This document shows positions 1 to 12,056 of a stretch of DNA of 64,000 nt, in pieces. Below the pieces are notes generated by a model. It worked only from the letters and a program-made list of their open reading frames with translations, had not been told where the DNA came from and ran no database searches. A program made the position numbers and the translations under genes. The stretch is from Pachysolen tannophilus NRRL Y-2460 (taxonomy: Eukaryota): assembly GCA_001661245.1 (NCBI GenBank), contig KV454014.1:698954-762953 (forward strand), in the 5' to 3' direction. How positions within the stretch are numbered: position 1 is the stretch's first letter; each line of letters starts with the position of its first letter.

Positions 1-1580
1 GGCCTGTTAGTACCTGCCAAGACAACAACATGATCAGATGTAGAAAATCCATCCATTTCAACCAACAATTGATTCAAAGTATTTTCACGTTCATCATTAC
101 CTCCTGTCATAGAGTTTTTAGAACGGGATTTACCAATAGCGTCGATTTCATCGATGAAGACAATAGAAGGAGCATCTTCTCTTGCAGTTTTGAATAAATC
201 ACGAACTCTTGAGGCACCAACACCAACAAACATTTCAACAAATTCTGAACCAGAAACTGAATAAAATGGGACACCAGCTTCCCCAGCGGTAGCCTTAGCT
301 AATAATGTCTTACCAGTACCAGGTGGTCCTGATAATATAGCACCTCTTGGAATCTTGGCGCCTAACTTTTCATACTTCTTTGGGTTTTTCAAAAATTTAA
401 CAAATTCCATAATTTCTTCTTTTGCTTCATCACATCCAGCAACGTCTTCAAATTTTACCTTGACATCCTTTTCTAAATTGAATTTCTTGGCCTTAGATTT
501 CCCAGCTCCAAAGATACCACCACCTATACCGTTAGCACTTTTAGCTGCTTTCTTAGTAATCCAGTATAATCCATAAAGCATCAAAATAGTTGGTAAGAAG
601 GCAAACAATCCCTTAAGTAAACTACCTTGAGTAGTATAAATTATAGGAACTCTAAATTCTTCTTGAACACCATTTTCTTCTTGTGCCTTCAACATATTAT
701 GTTCAAACTTATCAATTGAACCAATAGTGAAATAATATTCGACATTATTGTTTAAAGCGTTTTGTTTACCATTTTCATTTAAAATGACATAAACAGTACT
801 TTTATTAGCAACTACCAATTTTTCAACAAAACCTTTATCTAATAAACTGGTTCTAAATTCTTGCCAAGTTATTTCTGTTTGTGGGGAACTTGTTGAAGTT
901 ATAACATATAATAATAGGGCAAATGACAAAAGATAAAGAATTGCTAAATCTGGTCTAATTTCCAAGACTGTAAATTTAATTTCTTTATCATTTTTCTTTT
1001 CATCTTTAATTTCTGATGAACTTGTTTGATTATTTAATTCTTCTTTTTGTTCATATTTTCTCTTGGTATGATATAATAAAATGCTACTATGCAATTTTTG
1101 AATGTTTAAAAATCTAGTATCCATATTAACATCTTGATCTTCTAAAATCAATTTTGATAATTGAACAATTACTGGATCATCTAATGTCCCAATTTTATGT
1201 TTTTCAAATAATTCATTAATAGCATCTGATTTTTGTTTAACATCTAAACTTTGATTTTCCCAGATTTTACTTATTTCCTTATAAATTTCTCCAGCTTCTT
1301 GATTTATCGAATTTTTATTATTCTTATCAAATTCTTCTTGATTCTTTAATGATGTTGAATGGAAAGATCTAACTTGAAATTGTAATACATTCTTATTAAA
1401 ATTCAATAATGGAAAATTATTTTTTGAAATTATTCTAGTTTTAAACCCATTCCTAATTTCCAATGGTATTGACTTTATAGTCATTTTATTCACTATAGGT
1501 TTACTACTTAGAACAGTATTCATACTTCGCAAAGTACTACTACTATTCACAAACCGTCTCATTACAAATTTTGGGAACAT
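1..1580 (-). CDS. YTA12: Mitochondrial m-AAA protease subunit (FtsH family), 3' part runs off the window
   Basis: Hand translation from ATG at 1580 is in frame with [32 protein letters not shown] (Walker A), [12 protein letters not shown] (Walker B) and [24 protein letters not shown] and DHVVV favour Yta12 over Afg3. Missing from the ORF track because there is no stop in the window. Confidence 0.88.
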   Translation of the reverse strand, partial: MFPKFVMRRFVNSSSTLRSMNTVLSSKPIVNKMTIKSIPLEIRNGFKTRIISKNNFPLLNFNKNVLQFQVRSFHSTSLKNQEEFDKNNKNSINQEAGEIYKEISKIWENQSLDVKQKSDAINELFEKHKIGTLDDPVIVQLSKLILEDQDVNMDTRFLNIQKLHSSILLYHTKRKYEQKEELNNQTSSSEIKDEKKNDKEIKFTVLEIRPDLAILYLLSFALLLYVITSTSSPQTEITWQEFRTSLLDKGFVEKLVVANKSTVYVILNENGKQNALNNNVEYYFTIGSIDKFEHNMLKAQEENGVQEEFRVPIIYTTQGSLLKGLFAFLPTILMLYGLYWITKKAAKSANGIGGGIFGAGKSKAKKFNLEKDVKVKFEDVAGCDEAKEEIMEFVKFLKNPKKYEKLGAKIPRGAILSGPPGTGKTLLAKATAGEAGVPFYSVSGSEFVEMFVGVGASRVRDLFKTAREDAPSIVFIDEIDAIGKSRSKNSMTGGNDERENTLNQLLVEMDGFSTSDHVVVLAGTNR

Positions 1581-2190
1581 TTTCAAATCAAAAAAAAAAA
1601 AAATTAAAAAAAAATTTTCTAATTAATTAATTATTTGAAAACCAAATGCAACCATAAACAAGCATCAAAATATCTAGCAACAATGAATAAATTATATTCT
1701 ATTTGACTATTAAATGGTATAGTTTTATTGTCGTCGGTTGAGATGATATATAGCACAAGAAGAACTCGAGGCAAAAAAAAAAGCCGCCACGAACCTCTTC
1801 TCTTTCTCTAAGAAAACAATTTGGATTGCGATGCACTACTACCAAACCACCAAACCACCAAACTAATTGACAATTGATAATTGATAATGATGTCTTGAGG
1901 AATAAACCTCATTCTTGTTACAATTAGTTGGTTGTTGGTTATTGATTTGTTGATAAGTCTGTTGCTGGGGAAATGTTTTTTCTTTTTTTTTTTTTAATAA
2001 TTCATCTATTCTGTTTTTCTTTTGAATATGTTCTTAAAAGTGCTAAAAAAAAAAAAAAAAAAAAAAGAGTTTTTAAACAAAAAATAGTATACGGTAGTAG
2101 GTAAATATTGGAGTACATAAATAGTTGAAAAAATATGAAGAAATATGAAGGAAAAAAAAAAATAAAAAAAAAGTAAAAAGGGTTGGTCAT

Positions 2191-3768
2191 TCAAAAGTTC
2201 CCACTAATCGACAATCCGAAATCTAGACCTGGTTTAGTTATATCGTTTGTTCTAGTGCTTATTGGGAAATTATAACTTAAATTTAAAGATGCAGTTGAAT
2301 TATATTGATAAATTAGTCCAATACCTGCACTAGTAGATGTTTGATTTTTCAAGAAATCATCAATTTTGTTAAAACTAAAATCTTTATTTTTCAAACTTGT
2401 GAAATTAGTCAAGACATCTCCAAAATTAATATAATTAATAATTCTTAAAGGTGTTGTTGAAGCATTAATAAATGGTAATCCATACATTATTGCAAATCTT
2501 AATTTATAAAAAGCATTACCTCCTATGAAATCATCTCCATCTTTAATTCCAATTGAATTATATTTAAATCCTTGTAATGAATTGATTCCACCCAAAAAAA
2601 ATTTATCTTGAATATGAATATTTGATTTATTATAATTTATTATAGATGCAATTCCACCAACTGCTGAAGATATTTCAAAAATCAATTTTTTATTAAAAAT
2701 TGATTTTAACAGTTGAAAATTTATACAAGATTTTAAAAATTGATCATCAATTGAATCTTTTTGATAAATACCAGAAATTTCATTATCAACTTTTATGAAA
2801 AGTCCATCAATTGGAAATAAAGTTTCAGGTGATAAATATTTTCTTGAATCAATAGATCCACTAAGAATAAAACTTTGTTTTAAAGAATCACCAGCATTAT
2901 TTTTAACAATATCACTTGCACTATCATTAATATTAGTTATTGTTCTTCTATTAATTGAAAATCCAGTTGTTAAAAGAGAATTGTATAAAGTTTTATTTAA
3001 TTTAAAAAAATTATTTTTTTCTAATCCAACCATACCACTAAATAAAATTTGTTCATGTGAAGAAAATTTATTTTCTGAATCTGTTATTAATCCATTAATG
3101 AAAAATTTTGATGAAGTATGCAGTTTTAAAGGAGTTTTAAAATTAAAATTTATTGCTTTTGTTGGTAAATTTTTTCTTAAATCTAATAATGTATTAATTA
3201 ATAAATATTCTGAATTACCAAAATAATTTAAATTTTCATAATTAATATTAATTGCATTACCATTATCATAAAAAATTGAATTAATACCAATATTAGATAA
3301 TTTTCTAGTTTTTAAAGAAATTATAGCTTTAACAGGTAATGGTTTAATTGCATCTGGTTTTTTATAAAAAAAACTTGAAGGTAAATCAACATTTGATTCT
3401 AATTTATCTTCTAAAATTTCAAAATTAATTTTTTGGAAAACACCTGTATAACTTAAATCATCAAATGATCGATTACAAGCATTTAAAAGTTGTTGAACAG
3501 TAACATCAGAACTTTGTAATAATGGAGTTAAAAGTTTTGAATAAAAATTATTTGAAAAATCTTCACCACCATTAATCTCAACTTTACCCAAATAAACTGG
3601 TCTAGTCTTATTCTTAGTTAAGATATCATCGGTTGTTGAGCTTGAGCTAATATTAATTAAATTCCCCTATTATATACCAACACCATAATAAATTTTAATA
3701 ACATTATTAGTAAAAATGAAAAACATCAAGAATAATAAAAAAACAAAAATTTACAAACTTACCGCCAT
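2191..3768 (-). CDS. SAM50: Sam50/Omp85 outer-membrane beta-barrel assembly subunit; exons 3768-3763 and 3666-2191
   Basis: Omp85 motifs DKFFLGG..LQGF..NSIG and SAGIGL...LNLSYNFP. ATG GCG is followed by donor GTAAGT at 3762, branch TACTAAT at 3712-3706 and acceptor TAG ending 3667. Splicing restores the frame (MAGNLINISS...RPVYLGKVEI). Confidence 0.85.
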
Positions 3769-4467
3769 TGATCTTTAAACAATTCTATTTTAAATAATAC
3801 TAATCATATAAAATTAAATATATTTATTACAATAATATAGAAAAATACCTTTGCTTTGTCCAATTAGGAAACCTTTGAAAACTAGGTCGTGCGAGAAAAA
3901 CTCAACTTTTAATCATTTTTTAAATTTTTTTTATTTTTACAAAGGAAAAAAAAGGGAAAAAGGGAAAAGATAAAAAAATTACTACTAATCAACTAATCTT
4001 TTACCTTTATTCCCAATTAAAACCACTAAACAAAAGATAACAAAATAATAAGATAAATTACAATTATCCTTATTGATTAATTGATTCCTTTTTTTTTTTT
4101 TTTTTTTTCCAAATTTTTTCATTTAATCCAATCCATATTATACTCTTTTTTCTCTACTTCTTCTCAATTAACCGCCCATACCAATCATATTTTTCCTTTC
4201 TCCGCTAAACTCAATTGGGATTTTTGGAGTTTTTGAACACGACCTGTGGTTTTTTTTTTGTTTTTTTAAAATTGAAAAAGAGTTTCAAGCAACTAAATGT
4301 GTGTTGTATAAGGTTTGCTTTAACTACTACTATATTAAGAAAAGTGATTCAATTCAATTCAATTCAAATTCAATTTAATTTAATTTAATCTAATTTAATT
4401 TAATTTTAAATTTGATTTTAATTTCAATTGCAGAAAGAAAAAAAAATTGAATTATAATATAGCGGTA

Positions 4468-5982
4468 ATGGCGCCATCACTTTCCAAATTGAAAATCTCA
4501 AGTAAGTTTATTATAGATTTTGTATGATGAATGAATGAATGAATGAATAAATGAATGACTTTGGTGTTCTTTTTCATTTATTTTATTTTATTTTTATTTT
4601 TATTTTTATTTTTTTTTTTTTTGTATTATTATTCTCCTTCTTATACTTGGAATTATTTAACTAATATCAAAAAAAAATTTTAATTATTATTATTTTTTGG
4701 AAAAATTATAGCAAAGGATAAGGCTTCACAGTCTCAGAATGTGGATGTTGACGATATTGATGAAGTTGATGATCAGGGACAAAATGTTTTATTGGAGATA
4801 ATAAAACAATTGCGTCCTGGATGTGATTTGGCTAGGATTACATTACCAACGTTTATATTGGAGAGAAAATCAATGTTGGAAAGAATTGCAAATCAATTAC
4901 AAGAGCCTGAGATTTTGGTGAAACTGAATTCTCTACAGGATCCATTGGAAAGATTTGTTGAAGTTGTAAGATGGTATATGTCAGGTTGGCATATTTCACC
5001 AAAAGCTGTTAAGAAACCGTTAAATCCGGTTTTGGGTGAATTTTTCACATGTTATTGGGATTTATCAGATGGGAAACAAGCTTATTATATTGCAGAACAA
5101 ACTTCTCATCATCCACCAAAATCTTCATATTTTTATATGATTCCTGATTTAAAAATAAGAGTAGATGGTATAGTTATTCCAAAATCAAAATTTTTAGGTA
5201 ATAGTACAGAAGCACAAATGGATGGTGTTACTAAATTAACTCTTGCAGAATTTGATAATGAAACTTATACTCTAACTCAACCAAATATGTATGCGAGAGG
5301 TATATTATTTGGTAGAATGAAATTTGAATTGGGTGATTCAATGGTCATTAAATGTGAAAGAAATGGATTTGAACTGGGAATTGATTTCAAAGTAAAAGGT
5401 TTTATTGGTGGAGGATATAACCTGATTCAAGGTTATATTAAAGATTCAAAAACAGGTGAAACAATTTATGAAATTACAGGTAAATGGAATGAAATCATGT
5501 ATATTAAAAATTTGAAAACAAATGAATCTTCAGTCTTTTTTGATTGTTCAAAGGCAAATCCTTTAAAACCAAAAGCAAGAGATATATCAGAACAAGGACA
5601 ATATGAATCAAGGAAGTTATGGCATGATGTCATTGTTGCGCTTGCTAAGAGAGATCATGAAGTTGCAACAAATGAAAAATTCAAAATTGAAGATGAACAA
5701 AGATTATTAGCCAAGAAGAGACTGGAAGATGGAGTAGAATATTACCCAAAATTATTCACGCGTTTGGATCCAAAAGATCAAGTTGATAATGGTGATGAGC
5801 TCTTGGAATATATCATCTATAAAGACAAACAGCTCAGAAAGGATATTAATGACCCTGAAAAATTAACAAAAGATATTTTTGAAGTAGCTCCAATCTTACC
5901 TGGTCAAAAATTTAGTGATCTGTTTGAAATCCCTGGTTTCCATAAAGATAATAAAGATAATCAAGAACAACAAGTTGAATAG
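4468..5982 (+). CDS. OSH7: Oxysterol-binding protein homolog (Osh6/Osh7 type); exons 4468-4501 and 4712-5982
   Basis: DLARITLPTFILE, KKPLNPVLGE and the EQTSHHPP OSBP signature. Donor GTAAGT at 4502, branch-like AACTAAT at 4659-4665, acceptor TAG ending 4711, in-frame join. Next to ECM9, as OSH6-ECM9 are in S. cerevisiae. Confidence 0.9.
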
Positions 5983-6499
5983 CAATTTGAAAATAGTTTG
6001 CACAAAATAAAGCAGGACAAAGAATTTTTAGAATAACTATAATCCATAAAAAACAAAACAAAAAAAAAAAAAAACTTTTTTTTTTTTATTTCATCAATTG
6101 TTATCGTATTCTGTGATGGGTTGTGTTTTTCTTGTTGACAAATGTTGGGTTTCCGTTATCTAATTACTGCCATTATTATTATTAATTCTTAAAACTTATT
6201 GTAAATATCGGCACGGAATAGAGGGTTTGGGTTTGAAGAGCTGGCTTATAACCTTTTTTTTTTATATATTTTTTTTTTGCTTCTGTTAAAAGTGAATTTT
6301 ATATAGTTTTTCAACTCTATTGACAAACTTTTGTCTTTTTTTTTTTCATTCTTGGATTTATTTTTATCAATGATTTATTTAATCTTGCTTTATTACTCTA
6401 GTTAACTTTTTTGTTGTTTGATTTTTTTTTTCTATTTATATTATCTATACATATATTCTTTATAAAGTGCATACAATTTTTTTCTATTAAACTCATACC

Positions 6500-7723
6500 T
6501 TATACCTGACTATTAATATAAAAATTATCATACCACATCAACATCCTCTTTTTATTCCCATTAATTTTCAATCCTTCAATGAATAATACATCTCTTTTTA
6601 GTTCCTCTTTAATTTGGTTATCATTTTCGTTTGCAATTTCAAAATCGGTATATCCATTACATAGCACAATCTTAACTTTGAATTTTCTTTCAAAATCTAT
6701 TACACTTTGGAAAAATCCTCCATGTAGATCGAAAAGTTGTTTTACAAATTCATTTTTAAGTTTCGGTTCCTGTGTTAATAATAGTAAACATCGGTAAGGA
6801 ATGTATGATTTACAATATGAATTCTCAATAAACTTTATCAAATCTGAAAACCTCTTTTTCGCCTTATTTAAGTCAACTTCACGATCAGTCTTCACTGGCT
6901 TGAATTCGTCCATTCTAAACCATTCTCTTAAATTTGATACCATATACTTATATCTGTTCTCATAGAATGAAGCTACCTCAGTATCACACGATGGAATAAA
7001 AAGTTGGATTAAAAATACCCAACTTGAATTATCAAATACATTTCCTGTACAGAAATTATAAAAGCTTTGGAAATATTTATCTTCATCTAATGTAACTCCT
7101 TGTATAATTTCTTCTATAAACCATTTGAAAAAACGAGCAAAGCTCCAACAGTAGTAGTTGTTATGATGCATTTTTGCTGATTGTAAAATAGTTCTTAGCA
7201 CAAAGTCAGTATGATGGTATTTGAAATGATGATGTAATAATACGATGAGTTTCTCATAGAAAGTCCAAAGACAAGATGATTTGTTTATTCTGCTTATTGA
7301 AGATCTCAACAACATTGAAACGTATTTAAATTCAAAATCTAATAAGTCGGAATTAACATCCTGTTGCTGCTGTTTGCTTATCAATTGATATACCAATTTT
7401 TCATGATCATTCAATAACGTATGATTTCCAGGAGATGTCAACAACAACCCGTACTGATACTTCAATTTTTCATCATCACTAAGGTCAACATTTCTGATCT
7501 TTAAAGCTTTATGACATTCTAAAAAAATTGAAAAATATATATCTTTAAATATTATTATCTCGTTATTAACAACAATATAATTTTTTGAAGAATCAAATGA
7601 CTCGCTATCTTCCCGCTGGCCATAAATCTCAATATATTTCGACTTTGAATAAGGTAAAAGTGTGATTTGGATATCATTGCTATTCAAAGATGATACTTCA
7701 TCTAGAAGTTGGTGAATTAGCAT
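6500..7723 (-). CDS. ECM9: Protein prenyltransferase alpha-subunit repeat protein (Ecm9/PTAR1-like)
   Basis: 407-aa ORF with RINKSSCLW, SAKMHHNNYYCWSFAR and DNSSW motifs; adjacent to the OSH6/7 gene. Confidence 0.75.
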   Translation of the reverse strand: MLIHQLLDEVSSLNSNDIQITLLPYSKSKYIEIYGQREDSESFDSSKNYIVVNNEIIIFKDIYFSIFLECHKALKIRNVDLSDDEKLKYQYGLLLTSPGNHTLLNDHEKLVYQLISKQQQQDVNSDLLDFEFKYVSMLLRSSISRINKSSCLWTFYEKLIVLLHHHFKYHHTDFVLRTILQSAKMHHNNYYCWSFARFFKWFIEEIIQGVTLDEDKYFQSFYNFCTGNVFDNSSWVFLIQLFIPSCDTEVASFYENRYKYMVSNLREWFRMDEFKPVKTDREVDLNKAKKRFSDLIKFIENSYCKSYIPYRCLLLLTQEPKLKNEFVKQLFDLHGGFFQSVIDFERKFKVKIVLCNGYTDFEIANENDNQIKEELKRDVLFIEGLKINGNKKRMLMWYDNFYINSQV

Positions 7724-7933
7724 TTTCTTGTTTTAACAAAAAATCCAGTTTATTTGAAAAATATTTAAAAAGATATGAAAAGAGGTAATGCATACACAAG
7801 TAGGCAAAAATGCTAAAATAAATCAAACTAAAATATTAACATTGAAAACCCCCCTAAGAAACACTATAGATTAATCTAAATACTAGATCAAGAAAAGTAT
7901 CTATGTAATCTATGTAGTGATAATGTTTACTTG

Positions 7934-9037
7934 CTATCTATAAAATGCTTCCTTAATAGCGTCAGTTGAATCCTTGATCAATTGTTTACTCTTTTCAAGG
8001 TATTTGTCTAAAACCATCATTGTATGCAGTACTCCTTGGTAAATCATAATTTTTGTAGGAACACCATTCTTGATCAATTTTCTAGCGTACAGTTCAGCTT
8101 CTGACCTTAAGATATCACACTCAGCACAGGCAATGAAACATGGAGGTAACCTGGCAAAGCTTTCATCTGGAAAAAACAACGGACTTGCTTCTGGTTTCAC
8201 TTCATCTTCGTATCCATTAGGTAGATATAATTTTCTGAACCAAATCATCTTTTCAGGAGTCAATTGCAGAGTATAATAATTTTCGTCCCATGATTTTTCA
8301 CTTTGTGGTGAAGCTGTATTATCAGTGACAGGAACAACTAACATTTGGAAACAAACAGGGGGAAATTTTTGAGAAAGAGAAAAAGAATAACTAGCAAACT
8401 TTTGAGTAACGGAAGCAGTTATATTTCCACCAGCAGATGAACCAGCAACGCATATCTTTGTAATATCAATATCGACACCCAATTCACTATCTTCTTTTTC
8501 CCCATGTTCAAATACATATAACAAACTTTCAAATCCATCCTCAAGACATGCAGGAAATGGATTCTCCGGGGCAAGCCTATACTCAACACTTATAACAACA
8601 CACCTTGATAACTCAGCGATATGAGTACAGAAAGAGTTTTCAGTATTTATATCCCCTAACACCCATCCACCACCGTGAAACCATACCGTTACTGGCCAGC
8701 CATTATATCCTGGTTGTTCACCTTTGGGAATAAATACTCTTGCTGGAATTGGGGATTGAGCCTCAGTATACTTTCTTGGGATTTCAATATCAAAAATTTT
8801 GGCCATCAGCAACAGTTCACTCTCACCTATTACATCTTCTAAACCTCTATTCACTCTTAAAGGATATCTGCTAGAATACGCTATAGTTGGATCATTAAGA
8901 AAATGTTCCTCATACAACTTGACATATGCAGGATCAAACTTTTCAATCATAGAAGGATGAATAGGATAAGGCGGCTCAGGAATACTTTCTGGCCATGAAT
9001 AATCTTCATTTAGTTTTACGTTGCTGTAATATGACAT
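7934..9037 (-). CDS. Alpha/beta-hydrolase, hormone-sensitive-lipase-like esterase
   Basis: HGGGW oxyanion motif, YRLAPE, GSSAGG nucleophile elbow, and catalytic D (CDILR) and H near the C-terminus. Confidence 0.88.
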   Translation of the reverse strand: MSYYSNVKLNEDYSWPESIPEPPYPIHPSMIEKFDPAYVKLYEEHFLNDPTIAYSSRYPLRVNRGLEDVIGESELLLMAKIFDIEIPRKYTEAQSPIPARVFIPKGEQPGYNGWPVTVWFHGGGWVLGDINTENSFCTHIAELSRCVVISVEYRLAPENPFPACLEDGFESLLYVFEHGEKEDSELGVDIDITKICVAGSSAGGNITASVTQKFASYSFSLSQKFPPVCFQMLVVPVTDNTASPQSEKSWDENYYTLQLTPEKMIWFRKLYLPNGYEDEVKPEASPLFFPDESFARLPPCFIACAECDILRSEAELYARKLIKNGVPTKIMIYQGVLHTMMVLDKYLEKSKQLIKDSTDAIKEAFYR

Positions 9038-9400
9038 ATTGATTTCTGGAAATACAGGAATACTTATATAAAATATAAAAATTGTGATTCCAATATTATC
9101 AGATAAGAGATTAAGTTTTTTTTTTTTTCATTTTTTTTTTTCACCATACTACAAATAGTCCAAATTTCAGATCTTCACTTCGGCCTAATGAATAAATATT
9201 TAAATACAACTTATTTATTTGGATAGTTGAAGTAAATAGTCCAATAAATAATACATATAAAGCTGCTAAATTGAAAAAAAATATTAATTGAATCTCTCAA
9301 AACTTTTTGAATATATATATATATATATGAATATATAGAATATCAAGTGAAATTAAAACGAGCAGGACATTATTGTTATTAGTACTTTTCTCTGTGAAGT

Positions 9401-10807
9401 TCAAACTTTTTCGAAATAACTATATAAGCACTTGTAGTTGAATTTCAAATCATAAATGATCTTATCAACTTTCTTATAACCTTTGACGTTGCAGTGTATT
9501 AATTTCAAAAGCTCTTCTTCATTGGCACTGGGGCCACATTCACTCATATAAACCAAGCAAAATTTCCCTGGTTTGAAAATTTTCAATACTTTGTTCATGA
9601 TTTCAACTTTAGAAATCTTTGAAGGAACATTTGTTTCAAATGAAGCATATGACCAACCTTGTTCGGGGGTAACATGCAAAGTATAATAAAATTTACCATC
9701 AATGATGGAATTCGATGAGAATCCGCATGGTTGAAATGAAAAAGCATCGTGTTTATCATCTTCATCCAGTTGATGCTCATAATAATCAGAACCAGCCTCA
9801 CCTCCTATAACATCTCTTTTTTGGAAAATTGAATTCAATCCCGTCTTTGCCATGGTTTTAAGACCAAGCAAATGACCAAAATCCTGGTATTCTTCATCCA
9901 TATCAGGAAAATCATTGGTAAAATTTGAAGAAATGAATTTTGGAGTCTCATAAGGAGAAAGATCAGTCATCAATAACTCAAAAGTCTCATCACTACCATT
10001 ACCATTGTTATCCTCATTAGCACTACATCTATAACACATATTGCCACTAATTGAGGAAGGTGGAGATAATGGACAGCATGATTCAAGATGATGACGGTTA
10101 ATGTTAACATTAACATCTTCTTGATCATCTCCATCATCATCCACTTGTTGTTCGCCAACACCTTGATAACAATTTTTCTTGAACCCATTGTCAACACCAT
10201 TGATATATAAATACCAATGATCATTGCTCAAATCGCCCACGACATAAGCTTTTGAAGAGGATTTATCAAAATATTTATTTAAATAATTGACCTCATTTGC
10301 CCAAGATTGATGAACTTCCTTTTGCCTGTCTGGAAACATAAATGAACGTCTAGAATAAAAAATTCTATAAACTGACGAGGAAGGATTCCAATTGATATAT
10401 TTCTCAGCAAGTTCAAATAATCTTTGTAAACAAGAAAGAGTTGTTGTAGTGCCACAAGTTTTCAAAATCAACTTGTGTGGGAAAACAAACAATGAAGACT
10501 CGGAAAGTAAATAACCATCCATTTCATTTGAAGAAATCTTGGATAAAATCTTACAATTAACCAAGTCCAATAGCAGTTCAATCTCATGTAATGGAATTGA
10601 GCGTAAGCCCAATAACGCATTGCCATTGACATTGACATTATTGGTACTAATGTTGCTAGGAGAATCGGCAAACCAAATTTCTAATAATTTTTCAGGGCCT
10701 TCAAAAGCAGCTGTCGAATCCAAAGATGCAGAGATTTCATGGTTAATGAAATCACCTCTGATAATACTTGGTTCTGGTGAAATTAATGGTGCTGATGATG
10801 GCGCCAT
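9401..10807 (-). CDS. SPE2: S-adenosylmethionine decarboxylase proenzyme
   Basis: FEGPEKLLEIWF, the LLSESSLFV self-cleavage/pyruvoyl site, KTCGTT, PCGFSSN and TLHVTPE..SYASFE. Confidence 0.96.
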   Translation of the reverse strand: MAPSSAPLISPEPSIIRGDFINHEISASLDSTAAFEGPEKLLEIWFADSPSNISTNNVNVNGNALLGLRSIPLHEIELLLDLVNCKILSKISSNEMDGYLLSESSLFVFPHKLILKTCGTTTTLSCLQRLFELAEKYINWNPSSSVYRIFYSRRSFMFPDRQKEVHQSWANEVNYLNKYFDKSSSKAYVVGDLSNDHWYLYINGVDNGFKKNCYQGVGEQQVDDDGDDQEDVNVNINRHHLESCCPLSPPSSISGNMCYRCSANEDNNGNGSDETFELLMTDLSPYETPKFISSNFTNDFPDMDEEYQDFGHLLGLKTMAKTGLNSIFQKRDVIGGEAGSDYYEHQLDEDDKHDAFSFQPCGFSSNSIIDGKFYYTLHVTPEQGWSYASFETNVPSKISKVEIMNKVLKIFKPGKFCLVYMSECGPSANEEELLKLIHCNVKGYKKVDKIIYDLKFNYKCLYSYFEKV

Positions 10808-11067
10808 TCTATCAAAAAAAAAAATTGTTTTTTTGTTTGTTTGTTTTTTTTTTCTATGAAAAAGCTTTCAAGTCCCCCCAACTTTTTGTCTTTTCTTTGG
10901 GTTAACTAATTCACCTGCTGCTGATATGAACTTTTTCAGGTCTTCTCTATGGGCGGCAAACTGGATTCTTATAAAAGTTAATTATGAAAAAACGTCCTTC
11001 TAAAAATGATTTAAATTACAATTAAAAGGACCAACTCTCTGAAATAAGCAAATGGGTGTGAGTCGTG

Positions 11068-11240
11068 TTATCTAGGTCTGTATCATTCAAGCAAAAAAAA
11101 AAAAAAAAGTTAGTAAATGATCAATAATCACATTGAAGAGGTTTAATCTCAATTAAAAAAAAAAAGAAAAAATCCAATCGACTTGTGTATACTTACTTAG
11201 CTGGTCTGTTGAATCTGAAAGTTAATTTATCAATTGGCAT
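11068..11240 (-). promoter_or_regulatory. Intron-split upstream ORF in the SPE2 5' leader (MPIDKLTFRFNRPAKPR*); exons 11240-11197 and 11077-11068
   Basis: ATG at 11240, donor GTAAGT at 11196, perfect branch TACTAAC at 11115-11109, a polyU tract, and acceptor CAG ending 11078. No other AUG lies between the uORF stop and the SPE2 ATG. Confidence 0.7.
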
Positions 11241-11417
11241 ACGCTACAAATTATTCTTCTTTCAGTGTTAATAGAAATTTGAAAATGGTGACCTCTTTTC
11301 TTTTTTTCCTTTCTTTCGATCTCTCTTTTTAATCAATTATATTCTTTTGAAATAAAACCCGAAAGAAAAAAAAAAANAAAAAAGTAAAAGCAATTAAAAC
11401 AAGAAATTAAATTAAAA

Positions 11418-11883
11418 NNNNNNNNNNNNNNNNNNNNNNNNNNNNNNNNNNNNNNNNNNNNNNNNNNNNNNNNNNNNNNNNNNNNNNNNNNNNNNNNNNN
11501 NNNNNNNNNNNNNNNNNNNNNNNNNNNNNNNNNNNNNNNNNNNNNNNNNNNNNNNNNNNNNNNNNNNNNNNNNNNNNNNNNNNNNNNNNNNNNNNNNNNN
11601 NNNNNNNNNNNNNNNNNNNNNNNNNNNNNNNNNNNNNNNNNNNNNNNNNNNNNNNNNNNNNNNNNNNNNNNNNNNNNNNNNNNNNNNNNNNNNNNNNNNN
11701 NNNNNNNNNNNNNNNNNNNNNNNNNNNNNNNNNNNNNNNNNNNNNNNNNNNNNNNNNNNNNNNNNNNNNNNNNNNNNNNNNNNNNNNNNNNNNNNNNNNN
11801 NNNNNNNNNNNNNNNNNNNNNNNNNNNNNNNNNNNNNNNNNNNNNNNNNNNNNNNNNNNNNNNNNNNNNNNNNNNNNNNNNNN
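11418..11883. other. Assembly gap (N run)
   Basis: Run of N flanked by A/T-rich sequence. Confidence 0.99.
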
Positions 11884-12056
11884 TAAAAAAATTTTTTTTT
11901 TTTTTCTCGAACATTTTTATCAATTTTTCAATTTATCACAAAAATTAACTGAAATACTACAATAAATATTTATTTTAATTAAAAAAGCAAGTAGACGATG
12001 ATGAATTAAATTAGCAGCTATAAATAATAAGAAAAGTTTTTGTTTATATAATTTTG

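Noticed and set aside
4524..4560. C-box-like ATGATGA in the OSH intron
   Set aside because: Part of a (GAAT)n microsatellite; no D box in the intron.
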